In this document: positions 12,301 to 21,377 of the stretch, one piece after another
Position numbering within the stretch: position 1 is the first letter of the stretch
Layout: each line of letters starts with the position of its first letter
Source: Octopus sinensis
Taxonomy: Eukaryota
Assembly: GCF_006345805.1 (NCBI RefSeq)
Contig: NC_042997.1
Span: 57,722,001 to 57,786,000 of the forward strand
Direction: 5' to 3'
Length of the DNA: 64,000 nucleotides
Notes under the pieces: generated by a model
Databases searched by the model: none
Seen by the model: only the letters and a program-made list of their open reading frames with translations
What the model was told of the DNA's origin: nothing
Translations under genes and position numbers: made by a program

Positions 12301-12709
12301 GATCTTTGAACGGCAGTTTTTAACATAATTTCTAGGTAACTAAAGGATTTTAAACTTCGTATACTGGTAGAATGTGTTTATAAAACACCATTTTTTCTTG
12401 GCTTTATTGAGAAAATTCTATAGTTTGTAAGATATTTGTTGTTGTTTTTTGTCTTCAATTTCTTCAATTTCAACCAATCACTGACGTCTATTGAGGTAAA
12501 AAAAAAACATTCTGTGCTGTATGAATATGTCCCTCGTTTAAGAAACGGATTGGGTTTATTTACATTTGTGAAGAAAAAAATATATAACCCCCCCAACCCT
12601 AACCCTAAAACAAATTGAAATGCAATAGATCGATACTAGGGTCATAATTATGGGTGACAATTTCATATGACACCGCTAGAAAAAACTGCCGTTCAAACCG
12701 AAAAGATCC
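12301..12709. mobile_element. Non-autonomous element (MITE- or Helentron-associated-like) with terminal inverted repeats and internal AACCCTAACCCTAA
   Basis: TTTGAACGGCAGTTTTT at 12305-12321 is the exact reverse complement of AAAAACTGCCGTTCAAA at 12681-12697. CCCTAA repeats occur near 12595. Confidence 0.65.
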
Positions 12710-13096
12710 GAGTCAACGACTATCGAAAAGGTTGCAAGATGCAACGAAAATTTTAGTAAAAATAAATAAATAAATCAGTGGAAATCGGACTTGTGTGTGT
12801 GTTAAATTAATAAGGAACTAAAAGAGAGTGACTCTCTCCAGACACAATAAAATATGCTTCACCACAGGAATTCACATAAAGAATTTTACAAACTAAATAT
12901 ATATGTGTGTGTGTAGATATATGAATTACTAAAATTAATCAACTAGATTAAACCTTACTACGAAACTAATCATCCTAACTCTATTCGAGGAAACCGGATG
13001 TACTTCCACACGTGTTGCTGTCCAACCTCGGAGCCTGTAGTATTTGTATGTATGTATGCTATGTCTATGTAAATGTTTATAAAATAAGTTGCGACG

Positions 13097-14293
13097 ATGG
13101 CAGATGTTTATGAGGTTGGGTCAGTGTCTTCCTTAATTAATGCAAAATCAAATTCGGATTCAAAGTTATCAAAAGAACAGAAAAAACTCAATAAACTTTT
13201 CGACTCTGGAAAAAAGGTTGGTCCTGGAAAAGTAAAAGGCAAAAATCTCTCCGTCGAAAATGACGATACCAAATGTAACTCGAAAATATTAAAAGATTCA
13301 AGCTCTACATCAGAAAATGTTGCAAATCAAAGCAGTCGGTCGAATGATAAGATTATAGAACAATTGTTTTGTAATACAAGTGAAGTACTCGTCGGAAGGT
13401 TGAACCCTAGACAGACACAAACACGAAAGAGACGTCATTCCGAAGATGAGGAAGATGGTACAGAACGTAAAAAGATTCCTAAAAAAACTGATGACAAGTT
13501 TATTAACGCCAAGACTATATTTGTTGGTAACCTTCCTCTTAGTATAACCAAAAAGAAACTTCATAAAATGTTCAGTCCCTTTGGTACTATTGAAAACACG
13601 CGTTTTCGAGGAGCTATACCAGCTGATCTCAAACGAGGTAAAAAGTTTGCTGTTTTGAAAAAGAAATTTCACCCTAAATGCAAAAGTATCAATGCCTATA
13701 TATGTTTTACAGAAAGAAAAGCTGTTCCGAAAGCTAAAAGTCTCAACGGCACTGAGCTGGATGGATTGCACATCCAAGTCAACGAAGCTAAGTTTAAAAA
13801 GAAAAACATTGATCACAAGAAGTCGGCTTTTGTAGGGAACCTGCCATTTGATATTCATGAGCAAGATTTGAGGGAACACTTTCTTGACTGTGGTCCAATT
13901 TCTAATGTTAGAGTCATTCGGGACAAGATAACCGGTGTTGGAAAAGGATTTGGTTACGTTTCATTCGAAGACACGGATGCTGCGATGTTTGCACTGCAAC
14001 TTAACGATTCAGAGTTAAAAGGTCGAAAGATTCGAGTAAAATCATCTACAATGAATAAGGATCGACAAATAATTGATGATGATGATAATAAAAGGGGAAA
14101 GAAATTGAAAGGAAAAGAAAGTAATAAAGATTTTGTTGGTATGAAAGCTGTTAAGAAGAAGAAAAAGAAAAATAAGCCAAAACACATGGCACGAAAACTG
14201 AGACAAATGAATATGCAAAATGCCGAAGAAAAAGAACCCCAAAAGGTTGTTAAATCAACTGATGGACCTAATAAACATGTCGTTTTTGTGTAA
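13097..14293 (+). CDS. RBM34: RNA-binding protein 34 (Nop12 family nucleolar protein, two RRMs), single coding exon, 398 aa
   Basis: N-terminal YEVGSVSSL motif; RRM1 KTIFVGNLP...TRFRGA...INAYICF; RRM2 KKSAFVGNLPFDI...VRVIRDKITGVGKGFGYVSF; Lys-rich basic tail. This is the typical RBM34/Nop12 architecture. Confidence 0.92.
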   Translation: MADVYEVGSVSSLINAKSNSDSKLSKEQKKLNKLFDSGKKVGPGKVKGKNLSVENDDTKCNSKILKDSSSTSENVANQSSRSNDKIIEQLFCNTSEVLVGRLNPRQTQTRKRRHSEDEEDGTERKKIPKKTDDKFINAKTIFVGNLPLSITKKKLHKMFSPFGTIENTRFRGAIPADLKRGKKFAVLKKKFHPKCKSINAYICFTERKAVPKAKSLNGTELDGLHIQVNEAKFKKKNIDHKKSAFVGNLPFDIHEQDLREHFLDCGPISNVRVIRDKITGVGKGFGYVSFEDTDAAMFALQLNDSELKGRKIRVKSSTMNKDRQIIDDDDNKRGKKLKGKESNKDFVGMKAVKKKKKKNKPKHMARKLRQMNMQNAEEKEPQKVVKSTDGPNKHVVFV

Positions 14294-14739
14294 GATCATT
14301 CATATTATTTTAAAATAGAACATTTGTATTATATAAAGCACACATATATTGTTATATTTATTTTTTTTTTGTTTTGGTAATTTCGTCATTCTGTTTCGAA
14401 GATTATTGTTAATTTATTCTCTTTTACTAATTATATAATGACTTTGCGTTCTATTCGCAACCAAATGATGCTGGGTTCGCGCTATCTGTAGTTATTTAGG
14501 CAGGTAGAGGCCTATATGATGTATACAACTGCGTTTCAAACACCAGGTTAGTAACGACAAAGTTATTTTATTAAATTTATTATTTTTGGAATGAATTGAA
14601 ACAAAGATAACAAAAACCATTTCATAAGCCAAATGATCATATTAAGTACATTGGTAACAAAAAGGTTAAAATGATATTAGCTGATTATAACGATTACAGT
14701 CTCAGTTAAAGGTATGTGCTAAAAAAAGGTACAACTTAA

Positions 14740-15554
14740 GGTGGAGGTAAAGTACATGGACCGCAATCCCTTTCGGTTATTATATACAAAAACCCACCTT
14801 TTCGACTGCGGAGATTCCGATTCTGCAAAAAAATCGGCATTTCAAAATTTTACCCCCCTCCCCTTCTTCACTTTTTAAAGAAATTTTTTTGGCAAAATGC
14901 GTAGAAAATTACGGAGATTATGATTCTTTGAGCCTATGTAGTCGTAAGTAGACAACTTGGTCTTTCCACAGCAGAACATCCAAATGTGACAATTGGCTGC
15001 AAAGCATAAGCACGTGTTTGATATTCATGATAGGCGAGTAGACTCTTTGCCAGAGAGTGGAAAGAGGGGAAAATTAAAATTTTGAAAACGTGTTTTTGGG
15101 ATTTTCAAAATCTTCGACCGTTCCAACCAGAAAGTCCGACAAGCTAAAAACAACAGCCAAACCGAAGATCCACTTTCTAAATACGAATTACCAAAAAAGA
15201 AAAAAAAATTTTTTAAATGTCATTTTGTTGTGTGTGTGTGTGCAAAAAAAACTCATTTTTACCTACCTCTCTTAATTCCAAAAGACCCTTAACCACAAGA
15301 TGTTCACTTTCTGTCACAGATGCGCTGGCGGAGTGGAGGGGGTGTTTATTTATTTTTGAAAATTTTTTGTTTCAGAAATCATAATCTCCGTATTTTTCTA
15401 TGTATTTCACCCAAAAAATGAAAAAAAAGGGGGGGGGGGTAAAATTTTGAAATGCCTATTTTTTTTCTTTTGCAGATTCGGAATCTCCACAGTCAAAAAA
15501 GTCAGTTTCTGTAGGAAAAAACCCATAAGTGGGTGCATGTCCTTTATCTCCACC
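14740..15554. mobile_element. 815-bp non-autonomous DNA transposon with long imperfect TIRs and 8-bp TSD
   Basis: Termini GGTGGAG...CTCCACC. TSD CAACTTAA at 14732-14739 and 15555-15562. Inverted similarity runs ~190 bp inward (GGAGATTCCGA.TCTGCAAAA...GGCATTTCAAAATTTTACCCCCC...TACGGAGATTATGATT). Confidence 0.85.
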
Positions 15555-15849
15555 CAACTTAATATATATAGATAGGATGTTCAGCTCACTATCTTATGAT
15601 TTCTGGACCAGGCACTTCATTTCATGTTACTTTAGTCTACTCACCTATCATGAATATCAAACATGTGCTTATGCTTTGCAGCCACTTGTCACATTTGGAC
15701 ATCCTGCTTTGGAAAGACCAAGTTGCCTACTTACGACTACATGGGCTCAAAGAAGTTGGTGAAAACATGGTACATGCTACATGTAAGTGACAGCTATATA
15801 CACAGTAACCTCTGTCATAGTGACATCAGTATCTCTTTAGTGGAATATT

Positions 15850-16520
15850 ATCTTTGGATCTTGAGTCTAAGGCGATGACAAGTAACCGAAACTTTTGGCA
15901 ATTTGCTGTGCTTGAGAAGACATATCAAGCTAAGCAAAATTGTAGTTGCAACCAGTGCAGGTGACACGTAAAAGGCATCTGGTACACTGTGGAGTGGTTG
16001 CATTAGGAAGGGCATAATACTGTAGAAACCAAGCCAAAACAGACTAGAACCTGGTACAGCTCTCTGGCTTACCAATTCCAGTCAAACTGTCTAAACCATG
16101 CCAGTATTGAAAACAGATGCTATGTGTTGATGATGAAGTCTACACAGCATAGGACCAGTCTTCATTTAACATATTAAAACTTATCCTAAGTTTTCTTGGT
16201 TATTTGCCTGACCAGGTTACTTTTTACTAGCATTTACTTAGTTTGTCACCAAGAAGGGTCTATGCAACACAATATTTTGTAATTTGTTTTCAATATTCTG
16301 CACTGGTATGGGCATGTGATGCTTATGAAGGATGACAGCTGCATAAAGAAGTGCAGAGCACTTAAAGTAAATGGTACTTATCAAAGTGAGACCAAGGGTG
16401 ACTTGGAATGTAGTGGTGAAAACTGATCTGAAGATGTTATAACAAAGGTGATATACAGTGCTGTAGAAGACCTGACTACTCGTGGCGAAAATGTACCCTG
16501 ACATGAGAGTAGTGTTTAGA
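15850..16520 (+). mobile_element. RTE LINE 3' fragments
   Basis: The 3' tail ending in (GAT)n lies near 16130. LHWYGHVMLMKDDSCIKKCRAL...TWNVVVKTDLKML is at ~16290-16440. Confidence 0.65.
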
Positions 16521-16811
16521 TGGTAAAATATTTTTTTACCCTTTTAATCCCAACTGTTGCCTCCAATTAACTTGCATCCTGTCTCCAATCTGCAGTATTG
16601 GAAATGAATGACTCTACTTGTCTGAAAGTGGCGATTGTTTTCAACTGTCACATGATTTTAAGATGAGGTGACACAAACATACACTTATACGAGGGGATGC
16701 TGAAAAGTTCCTGGCTTTGGGTAAAAGAAAATATGATCAGTTAATTCTGATTTTATTCAACACTAGCAGTGTTACTCGGGATTAAAATGGTATAGTATTT
16801 TATTGTTTTAC

Positions 16812-17000
16812 TTGTTTCAGTCATGTTACTGCAACCATGCTGGAGCACCACCTTTAGTCAAAGAAATCGACCCCGTGATTTATTTTTTGTAAGCCTAGTA
16901 CTTATTCTATCAGTGTGTTTTGCCAAACAGCTAAGTTACGGGTATGTAAACACAGCAACATCAGTTGTCAAGCAATGGTGGGAGTACAAACACAGACACA
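16812..17000 (+). repeat. Abundant interspersed repeat (SINE-type body); other copies at ~40160, 47715, 54230, 57955
   Basis: Shared core TTCAGTCA..AGACTGC.GCCATGCTGG.GCAC...TAGTC.AA.AAATC.ACCCCAG.ACTTAT...TGGTACTTATTCTAT..GTCTCT.TTG is seen at several loci in this window. Confidence 0.75.
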
Positions 17001-17031
17001 CTAGTAGATTATGGAGTAGATTAGATAGAGA

Positions 17032-17900
17032 GAATGCATTTGATATAGCAATGGGCTCATGATTCTGCTCAGGCCAGTGACCTAGTTGGAATATATATCC
17101 TTTCATTAATACAGTCTTCCTTTCTGAAAGTAACAGGGGGTCTATATAGGGATGACACATTTTTTCTGGACAGAAGTAACAAAGTACAGTTAGAAATGCA
17201 TAGGTAAAATTTCTTTAGACTTTTCAAAAATTTTGGACTAATTACTATGGGTAAAGATTATCATAGAGTGAATTTTCTTAACGCTACCTTCTGTCTTGAT
17301 ACTGGATTATTTGAACCATTTCATAAGCCAAATGATCATGTTAAGTACATTGACATAGCATCCATCCTTGATTATATGGGGGCTAGTTAATATTTCTACA
17401 AGAATCTTAAAGATTATCTGCTAATAATAAAATTTTCAAATCACATGCAACTTATAATGCTGCTCTAGCTAGGGCTGGGTACCAAGAAAAAATTCAATAT
17501 ATACAATAAACAGGCATACACAACACTGGTAATTCCTCCAACTGTGATGCACATTGTAAACCACCACAACGTTATTGTTTGAGAACTTACTCAGATAAAG
17601 AATACAGGCCAAGAAGAATTGGTCATATCAATGAAATACCAACAAAAACTCAGACACATGTGACATAATCCAACTGCTTGTTCTAATCCTGTACAACACA
17701 CTCAATCAAATAAGCCTAACAAAAGATATAGGAATCAGGATGTCCTCTGGTTCAACCTGATTTTCAGTTTGCATATTTCAACCAAGATCGATGGAAAATT
17801 TTTTGCTGCTTTGGACATGTGTTTTTCTAAATCTAAGAGATATCATGCTATTTTTAATTGGTACACCATGAAGAGCAGCTTATGCATCACATAAACAATA
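17032..17900 (+). mobile_element. Degenerate PLE: RT, thumb and linker region
   Basis: Reads AFDIAMGSHDSAQASDLVGIYIL; FCLDTGLFEPFHKPNDHVKYID; YNAALARAGYQEKIQY; RNQDVLWFNLIFSLHISTKIDGKFFAALDMCF..RYHAIFN. Confidence 0.75.
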
Positions 17901-18169
17901 GCAAAATGCGGCAAAGGTTCAGTAACCCACCGGCTGGATTAAGCAAACATTTGCATCAAAATACCAACCAAAGAGATGTAAACTGCAATGATAAACAAAT
18001 TTGTAGTAGTAGAAATACTTATGATGTAGCTAACAGAGTAACAATGCCAGTAAATGGACTCAGGACTGCCTTATATACAAATATGATAAATGCTCATGCA
18101 GATAAAAATATTGAAACAGTATAAGAGATTGCTCTGGCCAGAAGTTAAAAATTTTTTTAGCCCATGACA

Positions 18170-18960
18170 CTGCATGGACCCAAAGTAAGGCATGTGTAAA
18201 ATTTGAATGAAATCGGTTGGGTAGTTCTTGAGTTTTAGTGATGCACACATACAGACACACATTCTCAGTTTTATATATATATATACTAGCTGAGATACCT
18301 GGCGTTGCTCAGGATTAAAATGACATAGTTTGTATATATTATATTACAGTTATGTTGAAACAGGTAATATGGGAAAGTGCAGCATTGACAACAAAATATT
18401 TGTGGAATAAATGATGGGCTACTTCGACTAAGCAACATGCTATATGTCCGTTTGGAGTATTTCAGGACCTAACCTGTCATGGAAAATTGGGGGTGGGGGT
18501 TATGTGATTTTTGAAAGAACCGAAAAGCTGTCAGTGGATATACTGTCTTTTGCAGCAGTCTGCACTGTGTCTAACATGAACCATCGTCTGAAATTTTGAC
18601 ACCTGCTTGGGTTTGATGTCCTACATCACTCAAAGTAAATTTAGAGGAACTGTGGTTCATTTGTGGGTAACAGGGAACCAATGAGATGATAGACTTGAAC
18701 TTTGACGTTGGCGTAAATTCATATTTAAGTATCTTCTTAGATGCAGTAAATGATGTCATTTGAAATGCAGAGTTGTATTATCTGATCTTATTCAGAAAAT
18801 CCTTTGACTGGATGTAAGTGTCTTCTAGAAGATCCATAAGAGGTTGAGAAAAAGTAGGTAGTGCTGGCAATCTTACCTGAGCAGCACATGCCATTTGTTT
18901 TATTTGAAAATTGTAAAGCTCTACAGAAACGACAATTCGTGTTTAGCACACCAATTTGGA
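18170..18960. mobile_element. Helitron remnants: 3' terminal module, 5' terminal module and RepHel N-terminal coding fragment
   Basis: Minus strand 18956-18560 reads IGVLNTNCRFCRALQFSNKTNGMCCSGK...SKDFLNKIR*YNSAFQMTSF...VKVQVYHLIGSLLPTNEPQFL*IYF, matching the Helitron CxxCxA...CC, YNSxFQMTSF and QGQVYHxIGSLLP motifs. Plus strand has a 3'-like AAATTTGAATGAAATCGGTTGGGTAG...CATACAGACACACATT..TTTTATATATA abutting a 5'-like TACTAGCTGAGATACCTGGCGTTGCTCAGG at 18284. Confidence 0.75.
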
Positions 18961-20435
18961 CGGAGTTATCATTTTTATAAGAATGGGATGTTGGAGTGTA
19001 GATTTTTGTCTAGTCTACTGAGCACACCCCCAGAGTTATATGGTTGCTAAGTCGAGTAGTTTGGTGCCACTTTATCTCATTCACTAACATCTTACTCTGA
19101 ACTGCAGTTCCACTTTGATTCTTCCTTCAGCTTGCTAGATCATGTTTGCTGTTAAAAATATCTGTCTCTCTGTTTACTACATTCCTACTAATTCTCTTTC
19201 TATCTCAACTATTCTTCCCTTCACTCATCCTCATCATTGTCTTAACATCCATTTTCCATGCTTGCATGGATTGGACAGAGTTTATTGAGGCGGGTTTGAT
19301 GGACACCCTTCTTGTCACGAATCCTTACCTACTTCCAAGTAACGTAATATTTCCCAATGGCCAGATGTGTTTTTGCAGAATATGGGAAATGAGTGACGTT
19401 TACAACAATCATGCAATTTCAAGACTAGGAAACAAACACATTCACACACACACTATATATATGTGTGTGTATATATGTACATGACAGGATTTTTAAAGTT
19501 TCTGTTTATCAAATCCACTAACATGGCTTTGGTTGGCCCAGACATTTTCTCAAGGCGCTACAGTGGGGCTGAATCTAAAACCATGTTGTTGCAAGCTTAA
19601 CTGTACAGCCACTCTTCACACCAAATCTGCTATCTCTATTTCTTTGATTCACCCAGCTTTGCAGTAAAGACATGGGACTTCAACATTATCCAAGAAAATG
19701 CTGTAATTTTTTTCTCCAAACACCACACTTTCTTCAGCTGTCAGCATAACCATTGCACACCAAAAAACCTAATTTCCTCTAGCTTTTGCTTTCTTCTCTC
19801 TGATTAAGTAATCACCAAAAAAATTTGTGTTTTGGTTAGAAACTTCCTTGTCCCTAACCATACTTCTTTATTTCCAATATTGCTTCATTAACTGGCTCAA
19901 AATCCCAGTACTCTGTCACTCAATGCTAAACTTTTGTAGCAGTAGCTGGATAGTTGAATGATCTCCCTTGCAAGAAAGAGTAACCTCCCTAAGTTTCTCA
20001 AAGCATCTGTCATGTGACATAATTCTTAATTATTCAAGCTTAGCATTTCTCTTGGAAGTTTCTAGAATGTCTAGTGTTCCATTAATAAAAACAGCTCGCT
20101 AACCTTGCTCTTCGCTTCTTAGTCAATTAGACTTAGAGCCATTCACGTCATTGCTATGCCCGTCTATTTCTCTATGCCACATGACTGAAAACCACCACTT
20201 AGCTGGTATTTCTATATTTCCTATCGCTGAACATTCTTTCATAGATTACTTCATTGAACTAGATTCTACATTTTGATTATGTATCATCATTGACCAGTAA
20301 ATAAAATATATTTTTATGTAGTAAATATATAGTTCTTGAATTTATTCTTCATATCTATATGAACTCTTGTAATAATATACACACAGCTACATCAACACCT
20401 GGTACTGAATATATATTACCACTATACTTTCATAA

Positions 20436-20513
20436 ACCTCAAATGTACAGCACTTGAACACTGATGCATTATGTATAGGTGAAACAGGATATCAGTTAGG
20501 AGACTACTTCACT
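20436..20513 (+). mobile_element. Possible GIY-YIG endonuclease remnant of a PLE
   Basis: Reads ...CIGETGYQLGDYF, resembling YIGETGRxLxxRF. The match is short and degenerate. Confidence 0.4.
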
Positions 20514-20694
20514 TTTTAAACTTATATATATATATATATAAACGAAAATGTTTGAAATGTTAGAATTGCCCCTTCCCCCAACATGAAAATATTTTCAAAT
20601 TTGCAAACTTATAAAAGAAACTTGTGAAAGACAATATTCAAATTCAAATTTTATACCTGGATTTACTTCATCTTGTTTACACAAATTGAATAAT

Positions 20695-20935
20695 TTAACT
20701 CTTTAGCATTCAGAACCCATGCCAGCATGGAAAACGGACGCTAAATGAAAATTATCCTAATTCATTCTCATTGTTTTTCATTAATCATGCATTATCTTGT
20801 CGCTTCGAGATTTCACTGATGTGATTGTTTATTTTTAGAACGACATTGTAAGGTTTTTGTGAGAGGCTGAAGTCTGTTTTATAACAGGTAGAATATTTGG
20901 GCCAGATATGGCTGATTTAAATGCTAAAGGGTTAA
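20695..20935. mobile_element. piggyBac-type MITE (TTAA ends); related copies at ~42105-42335 and ~49055-49130
   Basis: Ends TTTAACTCTTTAGCATT... and ...TTTAAATGCTAAAGGGTTAA. Internal TTAATCATGCATTATCTTG and AATATTTGGGCC are shared with the copy at 42.1-42.3 kb in opposite orientation. Confidence 0.6.
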
Positions 20936-21344
20936 TGGAATGAAAATTGTCTTTTCACAAGAATTCTTTTGGGAGGGGATGATTATTTCAGTATTCATAC
21001 TGAATATATCATCCTCAACTTAGGAAAGATGAAACAAAAATATCCAAATAAAATATTTTATTGCTGAAATAGTTTATTTTCAGGTTAAAAACAGCATTTT
21101 TAAAAAATAATTTTTTTTCTTTTCAAATTGAATATATTGTTTCTCCAGGAATGTCATTTTGGAAAGATGCAAGTGACCTTACAGCACTGCTGACTATTAA
21201 AAAATGGTACACAGAATAAGTAGCTCATTTTTCTGGAGAAATATAAATGTGTAGGTGGGAGTAATTTTGTCTTATTCTGTGAATAATAATAATTTACGTA
21301 AACAATGCTTCAAATATATATGTGTATATATGCAGACACACGCA

Positions 21345-21377
<33 letters not shown>

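Noticed and set aside
12590-12610. CCCTAA telomere-like repeats
   Set aside because: Only about two units, internal to a TIR-bounded repeat; not an interstitial telomere array.
13310-14242. Minus-strand ORFs of 189, 77 and 66 aa overlapping RBM34 (and similar ones antisense to TECR)
   Set aside because: Shadow ORFs of real coding sequence; low-complexity, no motifs.
19700-20200. Possible Tc1/mariner HTH remnant on the minus strand
   Set aside because: Too degraded to support with a specific motif or TIR pair.
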